DNA of 64,000 nt, from assembly GCA_032251515.1 (NCBI GenBank), contig JAVVDU010000005.1:16396-80395 (forward strand), read 5' to 3'. The DNA comes from Gemmatimonadota bacterium. Lineage in GTDB: Bacteria > Gemmatimonadota > Gemmatimonadetes > Palauibacterales > Palauibacteraceae. Below are positions 19,506 to 28,377 of the stretch, in pieces. A program made the position numbers and the translations under genes. Each line of letters begins with the position of its first letter. Position 1 is the first letter of the stretch. The notes beneath the pieces were generated by a model. The model was not told where the DNA came from. It was given only the letters and a program-made list of their open reading frames with translations, and ran no database searches.

Positions 19506-19872
19506 GCGCCGCGTCGGGGCGGGCGGCGTCCGCGGGCGGCTCGGCCGGGTTCGCATCGGGGCCGGGCGGAGTAGCATCGGGGCCGGGCGGGGTCGCATCC
19601 GGGCCGGGCGACGGGGACGGCGGCCGGCCGGGCGGCTCGCGCGGCCGCACCGCGTCGGGCATGCGCTCCAGCACGGAGCGGTCGGCGCGGGGCGGCCGCG
19701 TCGGGTCCGCCTCCTCGAACTCCCGCTGGATCTGGTTCAGGCTGCGGCGGAACTCGCGCATGGCGCTGCCGAGGGAGCGCGCGATCTCCGGCATGCGCCG
19801 CGGCCCGAAGAACACGAGCACGATCACGAAGATCACGAGGAGCTCGGAGATCCCGAGGCTGCCGAATCCCAT
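19435..19872 (-). CDS. tatA: twin-arginine translocase subunit TatA/E with Pro-rich C-terminal repeat tail
   Basis: The N-terminus MGFGSLGISELLVIFVIVLVFFGPRRMPEIARSLGSAMREFRR matches the TatA TM helix and amphipathic helix. The C-terminal tail contains PGPDATP x3. Confidence 0.85.
   Translation of the reverse strand: MGFGSLGISELLVIFVIVLVFFGPRRMPEIARSLGSAMREFRRSLNQIQREFEEADPTRPPRADRSVLERMPDAVRPREPPGRPPSPSPGPDATPPGPDATPPGPDANPAEPPADAARPDAAPTDSGEPEDPGPPPAREGDRGSG
19550..19616. repeat. 21-bp tandem repeat x3 (gcatcggggccgggcgg-like) inside tatA 3' region
   Basis: The repeat is seen directly in the sequence, with units starting near 19553, 19574 and 19595. It encodes the PGPDATP repeats on the minus strand. 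Confidence 0.7.
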
Positions 19873-19885
19873 CGGGCCGGTCCGC

Positions 19886-20434
19886 TCAGGCCGAGAGGGC
19901 GCGCAGGACGTCCTCGCCGTAGAACATGCCGATGTAACGGGCCTGGATCGGCGTGACGCGGCGTACGGCCCAGATCAGCTCCACGCCGCCCGGCACGCCC
20001 GGCGACACCCGGAGCCGCAGCCCGCACTCCTCGGGCAGCAGGTCGGCCTTGCGGAGATTGCAGCGGCTGCAGGCGGTCACGACGTTCTCCCACCCGTTGT
20101 CGCCGCCCCGCGAGATGGGTACGACGTGGTCGCGGGTGAGGGACTCGCGGTAGCCGAGCTCCTCGCGGTGCCGCCCGCAGTACTGGCAGCGGTACCCGTC
20201 GCGCGCGAACAGGAACGTATTCGTCACGTGGCGCCGGAACCGCCGCGGCACGTGGATGTAGCGCACCAGCCGGATCACCACGGGCGCCGCCCAGCTCCCG
20301 GTCTCGGAGCGGTACGGACGCGTCTCGTCGACCTCGAGGGCCTCGGCCTTCCGGTCGATGACGAGGCGGAGCGCCCGCCGCACCGGCAGCAGGGTGAGCG
20401 GTTCGTATGAGGCGTTGAGTGCCAGGCAGCCCAT
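19886..20434 (-). CDS. HNH endonuclease (small stand-alone)
   Basis: The HNH/zinc-finger motifs are CQYCGRH...DHVVPISRGGDNGWENVVTACSRCNLRK. The frame was trimmed to MGCLALNASYEPL, which matches the conserved N-terminus of this small HNH family. The gene lies 13 bp upstream of tatA on the same strand. Confidence 0.8.
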   Translation of the reverse strand: MGCLALNASYEPLTLLPVRRALRLVIDRKAEALEVDETRPYRSETGSWAAPVVIRLVRYIHVPRRFRRHVTNTFLFARDGYRCQYCGRHREELGYRESLTRDHVVPISRGGDNGWENVVTACSRCNLRKADLLPEECGLRLRVSPGVPGGVELIWAVRRVTPIQARYIGMFYGEDVLRALSA

Positions 20435-20532
20435 TGGATCCCTCTGAAGTCTCCTCGCGCAGCGGGGAATCTGGAGACGTCCGCAACGGGTCGTCAAGCA
20501 CGCCCGCCGCGGGCGCCGGCGCGTACGCGCGA

Positions 20533-22833
20533 GTGGCGCTCGCCCGGCCCCTGCTGCGCTCGTTCCAGTACCGTGTCCCCCCCGGCCTCGCGGACCGCGC
20601 CCGCCCCGGCGTGCGCGTCCGGGTCCCGTTCGGCCGGCGGCGCGAGACGGGCATCCTGGAGGAGCTCGAGACCGCGCCGGACGCCGGTGGCGCCCGGATC
20701 CGCGACGTGCTGGACGTGCTCGACCCGGAGCCCGTCCTCCACCCGGCGCTGCTGGACCTGTGCCGGTGGGTGGCCCGCTACTACGTCGCGCCGCCCGGGC
20801 TCGTGTACCGGGCCGCGCTCCCGCCCGGCATGCTGGGAGGGCGCCGCGCCGGCGGCGGCCCGCTGCATCGGCAGGTGATTCGCCTGGTCCACGACCTCCC
20901 CACGCTGCGCGAGCGGGAGGAGGCGTTCGGCCGCGCCCGGCGGCAGCGGGAAGCCTTCGAGACGCTCGAAACCCTCGGCGGCCGGGCCGAGGTCGCCCAC
21001 CTGGAGCGCCGGCTCGGGTTCACCCGCAGCGTGCTCGCCGGCCTGGCGGAGAAGGGCCTGGCGACGATCGCCGACGAACCCGTGGAGCGCGACCCGTTCG
21101 CCGGCCCGGGGCTCCCGGTGGTCACGCCGGGGCCGATCGAACCGAACCCCGACCAGGTCGGCGTGCTGGAGCGGCTCACCGCCCGGATGGACGGCCCTCG
21201 GCCGGGCACCGTCGTGCTGCGTGGCATCACCGGCTCCGGCAAGACGGAGGTCTACCTGCGGCTCATGCGCCGGGCGCTCGACGCCGGGCGCTCGGCGATG
21301 CTGCTCGTCCCCGAGATCGCGCTCACCCCGCAGACGGTGCAGCGCGTGCGCGCGGCGTTCGGAGACCGCGTGGCCGTGCTGCACTCGGGCCTGTCGGACG
21401 GCGAGCGCCACGACGCCTGGGAAGCGCTGCGCGCCGGGCGGCGGCGCGTCGCGGTCGGCACGCGCTCCGCCGTCTTCGCGCCCCTGCGCGACCTCGGGGT
21501 GATCGTGGTGGACGAGGAGCACGACGGGAGCTACAAGCAGTCCGAGACGCCGCGCTATCACGCCCGCGCCGTCGCGGTGGTGCGGGCGCGGGCCGAGGGC
21601 GCCCTGTGCGTGCTCGGCTCCGCGACGCCTTCCCTCGAGAGCTGGGCCCTGGCCCGTGCCGGAAAGTGGGAGCTGGAGACGCTGCCGCGACGCGCCACCC
21701 CGCACGCCCTCCCCGGAGTCGAGCTCGTCGACCTGCGGGCCGAGGAGGGACCGGCCCCACGGATCTTCTCGGAACGCCTGCACGCGGCGCTCGCGGCGCG
21801 GCTGGAGCGGGGCGAGCAGGCGATCCTGTTGCTGAACCGCCGCGGCCACTCGACCTGGGTCGCCTGCCCGGACTGCGGCCGGGTGGAAACGTGCCGGAGC
21901 TGCAACGTGTCCCTGACCTGGCACCGGCGGCGCGGCCGCCTCGTCTGCCACCACTGCGGCTTCGAGGTGGAGCACCGCGAGACGTGCCGGAACTGCGGCT
22001 CGGAGGCCCTCCGGTTCCAGGGCTTCGGGACCGAGCAGGTGGAGCGTCGCCTCGGCGAACTGTTCCCCGCCGCGCGGATCGCCCGCATGGACGTCGACAC
22101 GACGAGCGGCAAGTGGTCGCACGGGCGGATCCTCGAGACCGTCCGGCGCGGCGAGGTCGACGTGCTGCTCGGCACGCAGATGATCGCGAAGGGTCTCGAC
22201 CTGCCGGGCATCACGCTGGTGGGCGTGATCGACGCGGACGTGGGGCTGAACCTCCCGGACTTCCGCTCCGCCGAACGGACGTTTCAGCTTCTGGCGCAGG
22301 TGGCCGGCCGGGCCGGCCGGGGCCCGGTTCCCGGCGAAGTCCTCGTGCAGACGTCCCGCCCCGACCACTTCGCCCTGCGCGCGGCGCGGGGACACGACTA
22401 CGTCGCGTTCGCCGACCGGGAGATGGAGGACCGGGCGGGGCCCGGCTATCCGCCGCACCTCCGGCTGGCCAACCTCGTGGTGAGCGGCGGGCCGGAGGAG
22501 GCGGTGGCCGACGCGGCGGAGGCGCTGGCCGATCGCATCGAGCGCTGGATCGCGGACGACGCGCCGGAGGGCGGAACCGGCGCAGCGGCCGGAGCGGATG
22601 CAGCGGCCGGAGCGGGCGGGACGAGCGGAGCCACCGCGGCGGCCGGACTCGAGCTGGTGGGCCCGGCGCCCTGCCCGATCGACCGCCTGCGCGGCCGCTG
22701 GCGCTGGCACGCGCTCCTCAAGTCGCCCGATCCCGCCCGGCTCGGCCGGCTGCTCCGCGCTCTCGCCGCCGACCCGCCCGTGCCCTCCGGCCTGCGTCTC
22801 GAGATCGACCGCGACCCGGAGCAGCTGCTCTGA
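20533..22833 (+). CDS. priA: primosomal protein N' (replication restart helicase PriA)
   Basis: PriA N-terminal 3'-DNA-binding region (VALARPLLRSFQYRVP), helicase Walker A (GITGSGKTEVY), DEEH box (VVDEEHDGSYKQ), Cys4 zinc-binding insert (CPDCG...CRSC...CHHCG...CRNCG). Start placed at GTG 20533 by alignment to the E. coli N-terminus and to avoid a divergent overlap with the HNH gene. The longest ORF begins at GTG 20419. Confidence 0.85.
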   Translation: MALARPLLRSFQYRVPPGLADRARPGVRVRVPFGRRRETGILEELETAPDAGGARIRDVLDVLDPEPVLHPALLDLCRWVARYYVAPPGLVYRAALPPGMLGGRRAGGGPLHRQVIRLVHDLPTLREREEAFGRARRQREAFETLETLGGRAEVAHLERRLGFTRSVLAGLAEKGLATIADEPVERDPFAGPGLPVVTPGPIEPNPDQVGVLERLTARMDGPRPGTVVLRGITGSGKTEVYLRLMRRALDAGRSAMLLVPEIALTPQTVQRVRAAFGDRVAVLHSGLSDGERHDAWEALRAGRRRVAVGTRSAVFAPLRDLGVIVVDEEHDGSYKQSETPRYHARAVAVVRARAEGALCVLGSATPSLESWALARAGKWELETLPRRATPHALPGVELVDLRAEEGPAPRIFSERLHAALAARLERGEQAILLLNRRGHSTWVACPDCGRVETCRSCNVSLTWHRRRGRLVCHHCGFEVEHRETCRNCGSEALRFQGFGTEQVERRLGELFPAARIARMDVDTTSGKWSHGRILETVRRGEVDVLLGTQMIAKGLDLPGITLVGVIDADVGLNLPDFRSAERTFQLLAQVAGRAGRGPVPGEVLVQTSRPDHFALRAARGHDYVAFADREMEDRAGPGYPPHLRLANLVVSGGPEEAVADAAEALADRIERWIADDAPEGGTGAAAGADAAAGAGGTSGATAAAGLELVGPAPCPIDRLRGRWRWHALLKSPDPARLGRLLRALAADPPVPSGLRLEIDRDPEQLL

Positions 22834-22885
22834 GGAGGTCCGGAGCCGCGCGGACCACCGTCCGGACGTGGCCGGCCGACCGGGT

Positions 22886-24085
22886 TCAGCCCTCGCCGCC
22901 CACCGGACCGAGATAGTCGAAGCGCGTCACCAGCCGGTCCGGGGGCAGGCGCACGTCCAGCGTGTCGGCGGCGACGGTTCCGGGGAGACGGGAGGTGCGC
23001 CACACGGCCACCACCTCCCCTCCTCCCTCATCGACCCAGGCGTACCGCGACAGGCGGCGACGGCGCTGGCGTTCCTCCGGGTCGAGCTCGCCCTCCGAAT
23101 CGGGCCACCCGAGGACGGGGGTGCGGATCCACCAGCGCCGGACGATCCACTCGCCGGCCGGCAGCCGCGTGAACTCGACCCGACCGCCGAGGCGCCTCCG
23201 GTCGCCCGAAATGTCGAGTCCCACGTAGCGGAACTCCACGCGTCGCAACTCGGCCGTCCGCTCGTCGAGCCACATCACGCCCTCGATGTCCGTCACGCGG
23301 CCGCCGGGGACAGGCTCGAACACGAGGCCGACCTGCCGCACGCCGGCGGAGGTGGCTCGATCGATCCGGAAGCAGTGCCGGTCCACGAACGAGTCGGAGA
23401 GGAGGACCTCGGCGTCGGGAGCGTGAAAGGCGATCCGTCCCGGGCGCCGCTGCACGAAGCCACCCAGCGCCAGGTCGCGCTTCGGGACGGCGCGGAAGGG
23501 GTGCCGCCCGTAGAAGCGGGCCTCCGTATAGGTCGGCTCCCCTTCCGGGTCGCCGTCGGGGCCGAGGAGGCGGGAGTGAAGGACGACGTCGAAGCGGAAG
23601 TGCGGCTGCAGGCCCGTCCAGACGGTGGCCGACAGGGCCTTCCGCGCCTCGTCCCACACGCGCTGGAGCTCCACGGCCTCCTGCACGCCGACCCGCCCGC
23701 AGCGGGGCCGGTCCTCGGCGGCGATGTCGTCGAGACGGACGGGACGCGTGGCCACGCGGAACCGGAACGTGCGGACCTCGCCCGCCGCGAGCTCCAGTTC
23801 GGGCGAGACGCCGGGCTCGAAGCCGATGCGCTCGGTGCGCAGGCGCCACCGGCCGGGGCCCGGCGCCCCGATGCGAAACGCGCCGTCGCGGCCGGTGAGG
23901 GCCCGGGCACGCACCTCTCCCCCGGGGTCCTCGAGGACGACGAACGTCGCGGCGAGCGGCGCGCCCGATCCCTCCTCGACGACCGTCCCCACCACGGTCT
24001 GGGCGGCGGCCGGCGCCGCGGCGAGGAAGACCAGCGCGGCGGCCGGCACGGCCGCGATCCGCCGCGCGGGGGCACCCCGGGTCAC
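22886..24085 (-). CDS. secreted carboxypeptidase-regulatory-like (CarbopepD_reg) domain protein, hypothetical
   Basis: After the signal peptide (AAALVFLAAAPAAAQ) comes a TVVGTVVEEGSGAPLAATFVVLEDPGG beta-sandwich-like N-domain, typical of CarbopepD_reg. The remainder is unknown. Confidence 0.55.
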   Translation of the reverse strand: MTRGAPARRIAAVPAAALVFLAAAPAAAQTVVGTVVEEGSGAPLAATFVVLEDPGGEVRARALTGRDGAFRIGAPGPGRWRLRTERIGFEPGVSPELELAAGEVRTFRFRVATRPVRLDDIAAEDRPRCGRVGVQEAVELQRVWDEARKALSATVWTGLQPHFRFDVVLHSRLLGPDGDPEGEPTYTEARFYGRHPFRAVPKRDLALGGFVQRRPGRIAFHAPDAEVLLSDSFVDRHCFRIDRATSAGVRQVGLVFEPVPGGRVTDIEGVMWLDERTAELRRVEFRYVGLDISGDRRRLGGRVEFTRLPAGEWIVRRWWIRTPVLGWPDSEGELDPEERQRRRRLSRYAWVDEGGGEVVAVWRTSRLPGTVAADTLDVRLPPDRLVTRFDYLGPVGGEG

Positions 24086-24086
24086 G

Positions 24087-25106
24087 TCACCTCCGGCGGA
24101 CGCCGAGTCCCGGCTCGGGGCCGAGCCGCAGCCGCGCCTCTTCCAGCCGCGGCCCGGCGAACGGATCCCTGGCGAGGAGGGCCGCGCCGTCCAGGTCGAG
24201 GCGGTCGGCGAGGGGCGCGAGGTGAGCGGCCGCCGCGATGCCCAGCGTCGTCTCGAGCATGCACCCGAACATCACCTCCAGGCCGCAGGCGCGGGCCGCG
24301 TGCACGGCACGGAGCGCCTCCCGCAGCCCGCCGCACTTGGCGAGCTTGATGTTAACCCCGTCCACCAGCCCCGCGAGCTTCGGCACGTCGGACGCCACGA
24401 GGCAGGACTCGTCCGCGTACACGGGAATCGGCGACGCCTCCCGCACCGCCCGCCACCCCTCGGGGTCGCCCGGCGGCAGCGGCTGCTCGACCATCTCCAC
24501 GCCGAGGTCGGCGAGCAGCCGGACGTGGCGCACGGCCGTCTCCGGGGTCCACGCGGCGTTCGCGTCCACGCGCAGGACCCGCGACGGGTCGGCGTCGCGC
24601 ACCGCCCGCAGGATCTCCTCGTCCCGCTCCGTGCCGAGCTTGATCTTGAGGATCGGCCAGCCGGCGGCGGCCCGCACCCGGTCCGCCATGGCGTCCGGCT
24701 CATCGAGACCGATCGTGAACGAGCTTCGCGGCGCGTCCGCGGGATCCAGCCCGAGCAGCCGCCACAGGGGCTGGCCCAGCCGCTTGCCGAACAGGTCGTG
24801 CAGCGCCGCGGAGACGGCCGTCCGCGCCGCGGCATCGCCGGGCACGGCCTCGCGGATCCGCCGCTCGATCGCCTCCAGACGGTCCGGGTCCGGCTCCGCC
24901 TCCAGCACCGGCCGCAGGCGGGCCAGCGCCGCCTCCACCGACCCGGCCGACTCGCCGTAATAGGGGGACGGATCGGCCTCCCCCCAGCCCTCCAGCCCGT
25001 CGCAGGTCACCCGTACCCACACCCTCTCCACCGTCTCCTGCACCGAGCGGGCGATCCGGAACGGCACCTCGGGACGGATCGCGAGGCGCTCCCAGGTCAG
25101 CTCCAC
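24087..25106 (-). CDS. enolase-superfamily enzyme, MR/MLE family (L-Ala-D/L-Glu dipeptide epimerase-like)
   Basis: This is the C-terminal 339 codons of the 24087..26171 frame, starting at GTG 25106 (verified). The KxK and metal-ligand pattern are present (ILKIKLG, RVDANAAW, VEQPL, PVYADES, IKLAKCGG). Substrate assignment is inference. Confidence 0.75.
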   Translation of the reverse strand: MELTWERLAIRPEVPFRIARSVQETVERVWVRVTCDGLEGWGEADPSPYYGESAGSVEAALARLRPVLEAEPDPDRLEAIERRIREAVPGDAAARTAVSAALHDLFGKRLGQPLWRLLGLDPADAPRSSFTIGLDEPDAMADRVRAAAGWPILKIKLGTERDEEILRAVRDADPSRVLRVDANAAWTPETAVRHVRLLADLGVEMVEQPLPPGDPEGWRAVREASPIPVYADESCLVASDVPKLAGLVDGVNIKLAKCGGLREALRAVHAARACGLEVMFGCMLETTLGIAAAAHLAPLADRLDLDGAALLARDPFAGPRLEEARLRLGPEPGLGVRRR

Positions 25107-26080
25107 GGGACCTCCCCGCTCGCCTCGGCGAGCGCCCGCAGGTGCGTGTCGACGTTCCGGCCGAGGGCCGCGGGATCGTAGCCACCCTCCAGGCACGACA
25201 CGATGCGACCCGCCGCCGTGCCCGCCGTGCGGCGCGCCAGTTCGAGCGTCAGGGTGCGGAAGTCGGCGGTCTCCAGCGTGAAGCCGCCCAGCGGATCGCC
25301 GCGCGCCGCGTCGAAGCCGGCGGAGACCAGCACCAGCTCGGGGCCGAACGCCGCCGCCTCGTCGATCGCCTCCAGCAGCGCATCCACGTAGCGGGCGGCC
25401 TCCAGGCCCGGCGGCATCGGCAGGTTGCGGGTCGTCCCCTCGCCCGGCCCGCGGCCGCGCTCTTCCGCGGCGCCCGTGCCGGGGTAGTGCGGGCTCTGGT
25501 GCAGCGACAGGTAGTAGACGTCGGGATCCTCGTAGAAGGCGTCCTGCGTGCCGTTTCCGTGGTGCACGTCCCAGTCCGCGATGAGGACCCGGCGCGCCAG
25601 GCCCCCGTCCACGGCCAGGCGGGCGGCCAGCGCCACCGAGTTGAACAGGCAGAAGCCCATCGCGACCCCCGGCGTCGCATGGTGGCCCGGCGGCCGCACG
25701 GCGCAGAAGGCCGACCGGAAGCGCCCGGCGGCCACGTCCCGGGTGGCGGCGAGGGCGCATCCCGCCGCGGCGAGCGCCGCATCCCAGGACGCGCCCGAGA
25801 CGGGCGTGTCGGGTTGCAGGAACACGAGCCGCTCCGCCGTCCGCGCCCGGTCGACCGCTTCGCGGACCCGGCGCACGTGCGCCGGGGAATGGACCATCTC
25901 GAGCGCCGCGGGATCCGCGGGGACGCCCTCCACCGACTCCACGAGCCCGTGCAGCTCGGGCAGGGAGCGTCCGATCGCCTGCACGACGGCCCGCAGCCGG
26001 CCCTGGTGCTCGGCGTGTCCCCAGCCGGTGTCGTGCCGGCTGCAGTCCCCGTGATGGTACAGGCCCACTCGCGCGCTCAC
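25097..26080 (-). CDS. histone deacetylase-family amidohydrolase (AcuC/acetylpolyamine amidohydrolase-like)
   Basis: The HDAC-fold Zn-binding and catalytic motifs are present (RPPGHHA, DWDVHHGNGTQ, SAGFDAARGDPLGG, GGY). The 3' end overlaps the downstream epimerase start by 10 bp. Confidence 0.85.
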   Translation of the reverse strand: MSARVGLYHHGDCSRHDTGWGHAEHQGRLRAVVQAIGRSLPELHGLVESVEGVPADPAALEMVHSPAHVRRVREAVDRARTAERLVFLQPDTPVSGASWDAALAAAGCALAATRDVAAGRFRSAFCAVRPPGHHATPGVAMGFCLFNSVALAARLAVDGGLARRVLIADWDVHHGNGTQDAFYEDPDVYYLSLHQSPHYPGTGAAEERGRGPGEGTTRNLPMPPGLEAARYVDALLEAIDEAAAFGPELVLVSAGFDAARGDPLGGFTLETADFRTLTLELARRTAGTAAGRIVSCLEGGYDPAALGRNVDTHLRALAEASGEVPWS

Positions 26081-26198
26081 GGCAACCTCTCCGCCGGTGT
26101 GTCCACCCTCCTGCCGCGCGATCGGCCCGGTTGATCCGGCTCGTGACCGGCTCTAGCTTCGATGCGTTCACGCGGCGCTTCCCCGTCCAGGTCCGACC

Positions 26199-27263
26199 AT
26201 GGCAACTTACGGTCCCGCAGTTTCCAGTTCACGCGTCGGCGGACGCCGGGCGTGGCGTGCGGCGGCGCTCGCCGCGCTCCTGGCCGCGGGCGGCTGCGAA
26301 GTCGACTGGGCGGGCGGGAGCTTCCGGCTGGAGAACCCCGCCCCCGAGCCGGAAGTCCCGGTTTCCCGGGCCTCCGGCACCGCCGACGCGCCCCCGCCCG
26401 CGCCCCTGCCCGACGGTCCGCTGCTGTTCTCCGTGGCCCTCGACCGGGCGGCGGGCTCGGGACGGGCGGTGGCCGTCGCCCGGCTGGGACCGGCGGGACC
26501 CGAGCCGCTGGGCATCCCGGACCATCCGGACGACGGCTGGGCGGCGCGCTTCGATTCGGCGTTCCACCCGGCCGGCCGCACGCTGGCGCTGCACGCGGCA
26601 GGGCGGCGGATCGGCAGCCTGGTGCTGGACGGGACCACCGCCTTCGTGCGTCCCGGCTGCCCGCCGGTCGCGGGCGGGCGCGTCCTGCTCACGCCGGGAG
26701 GCCGGATGCCGGCGCGCGCCTTCGCCTTCCCGGCCGAGACATCTCCGGACGCGCCGGACCCGCTGCCCCTGGCCGAGCCGGACGACCGGATGCGCACGTT
26801 CGGGCCGATCCTGGCCGAGCGCCTGCTGCGCGAAGGCGGCGAGGCGCGGCCGTACCTGGCGCAGCGCGCCGACCTGCGGGCGGTGGCGTGGCCCGGCGAT
26901 GAAGCGCCGGCCATGGCAGCCACCTACCTGGTCGGCGACTCGCTCGGGGGGCCGCCGCCCGCGCGCGCCGCCAGCTCGCTGTTCTTCCTCGCCCGCTTCG
27001 ACCCGAGCCGGGGCTATGTGCCGGAGTGGTCCGAGGTGCGCCGCTACGACGGGGATGCGGGACGGGAGATCTTCGTGTATCGGGGCGCCGCGGCGGGACC
27101 CGGAGGGCGGATCGACTTCGTGGAGCGGTGGGCGGCGGGGCCGCCGGTGCTCCTCGCCGCGTCCCGCGCTGGGCCCGAGGGGCGCGGGATCGAATGGACC
27201 GAGGCCGCCGCCTGCCCGTCCGGCGAGCTGCTGGCCGGCGCCCTCCCGCCGCCGGAAGGCTGA
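26199..27263 (+). CDS. hypothetical lipoprotein
   Basis: The signal and lipobox are AAALAALLAAGGCEVD. No known motif was found. Confidence 0.5.
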   Translation: MATYGPAVSSSRVGGRRAWRAAALAALLAAGGCEVDWAGGSFRLENPAPEPEVPVSRASGTADAPPPAPLPDGPLLFSVALDRAAGSGRAVAVARLGPAGPEPLGIPDHPDDGWAARFDSAFHPAGRTLALHAAGRRIGSLVLDGTTAFVRPGCPPVAGGRVLLTPGGRMPARAFAFPAETSPDAPDPLPLAEPDDRMRTFGPILAERLLREGGEARPYLAQRADLRAVAWPGDEAPAMAATYLVGDSLGGPPPARAASSLFFLARFDPSRGYVPEWSEVRRYDGDAGREIFVYRGAAAGPGGRIDFVERWAAGPPVLLAASRAGPEGRGIEWTEAAACPSGELLAGALPPPEG

Positions 27264-27289
27264 ACCGCCCGGCCTCGGTCCGCCCCGGC

Positions 27290-28159
27290 TCAGGCGGGGG
27301 CGAACGTCTCCAGGGCGCGGCCCTGGTCACCGCTGCGGATCTCCAGCAGCGCCCGGTCGCGAAGCTGGCGCACCCGCTCCCGCGTGACGCCCAGGATCTG
27401 GCCGATCTGCTCGAGCGTGTGCTCGGACTCGCCCTGCAGCCCGTAGTACAGCCGCAGCACGCGCGCATCGCGCGGCCGGATCCCCGACAGCGCGACCGCG
27501 ATCTGCTCCTTGAGGAGCTCGCGGTCCACCTCGTCGCCGATGTCCGCGTCGTCGACGAGGAAGCGCTCCATCAGACCGGCGTCGGGCGCCTCCCCGATCG
27601 GCGCGTCGAGCCGCACCTCGGTGACGTTCACCGCCTGGAGCATCTCGACGACCTTGGGGGTGAGCTCGGCCTTCTCGCCGATCTCGACGGGCGTGGGCTC
27701 GCGCCCGAGGCTCTGGCGGAGCGCCTCGGTCACGCGGAGCATGCGGGAGAGTTCCGTGGCGCGGTTCAGGGGCAACCGGACGGACCGTCCCTGGCGGGCG
27801 AGCGAGGCGAGGATCGCCTGCCGGATCCACCACACGGCATAGGAAATGAACTTCACGCCCTGGTCCGGATCGAACTTCCGCGCCGCCGTCACCAGGCCGA
27901 CGTTGCCCTCCTGGATCAGGTCGGCGAAGGAGAGCCCGCGGTTCTGGTAGCGCTTGGCCACGGACACCACGAAGCGGAGGTTCGAGCGGATCAGCCGCTC
28001 GAGCGCCTCGGTGTCGCCGGCCCGGGCGCGACGCGCCAGGGCGTCCTCCTCCTCCGGAGTCAGCAGGCGATGCCGGCTGACATCCTCGAGGTAGAGGTCG
28101 ACCATGCTCGCGCCGTCCGTCCTGGTGACCGGACCTTTGTAGCGACCGTTCCGGTTCAT
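27290..28159 (-). CDS. RNA polymerase sigma-70 family factor (RpoD/SigA-like, lacks long region 1.1)
   Basis: Region 2 (DLIQEGNVGLVTAARKFDPDQGVKFISYAVWWIRQAI), region 3 and region 4 HTH (TLEQIGQILGVTRERVRQLRDRAL) are present. The frame was trimmed to MNRNGRYKG. The start is uncertain, and an alternative Met is at 28105. Confidence 0.8.
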   Translation of the reverse strand: MNRNGRYKGPVTRTDGASMVDLYLEDVSRHRLLTPEEEDALARRARAGDTEALERLIRSNLRFVVSVAKRYQNRGLSFADLIQEGNVGLVTAARKFDPDQGVKFISYAVWWIRQAILASLARQGRSVRLPLNRATELSRMLRVTEALRQSLGREPTPVEIGEKAELTPKVVEMLQAVNVTEVRLDAPIGEAPDAGLMERFLVDDADIGDEVDRELLKEQIAVALSGIRPRDARVLRLYYGLQGESEHTLEQIGQILGVTRERVRQLRDRALLEIRSGDQGRALETFAPA

Positions 28160-28377
28160 GGCTCGTGTGGGCGAGTCGTCCTCCAGTCGTCCTGCGAGCC
28201 GGGAAGCTAGATCGCCGCGGGCATCCCCGTCAAACGGGACGCTGCGCGCAAGCCCCCCGGGAGAGGCGTCCGGGCTCGCTTGTCCGGGCGATTGCGACGG
28301 GGTAGATACAGGAACCGGAATCACTCGACCGCTTGCGGTGGGCCGCGGGAGCCGGCCTCCGGAAGTCAGGGGAACCG

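Noticed and set aside
17332-19616. Tandem repeats at 17332-17385 and 19550-19616 as a possible CRISPR array.
   Set aside because: The units are 9 bp and 21 bp with no spacers. They are in-frame coding repeats inside genes, and no cas genes are present.
24087-26171. A single 694-aa ORF spans the epimerase and the HDAC region.
   Set aside because: The N-terminal 355 codons of this frame overlap the HDAC-family gene (25097..26080), which is in a different frame and has clear catalytic motifs. Enolase-superfamily homology begins only at GTG 25106, so the long ORF is a read-through artefact.
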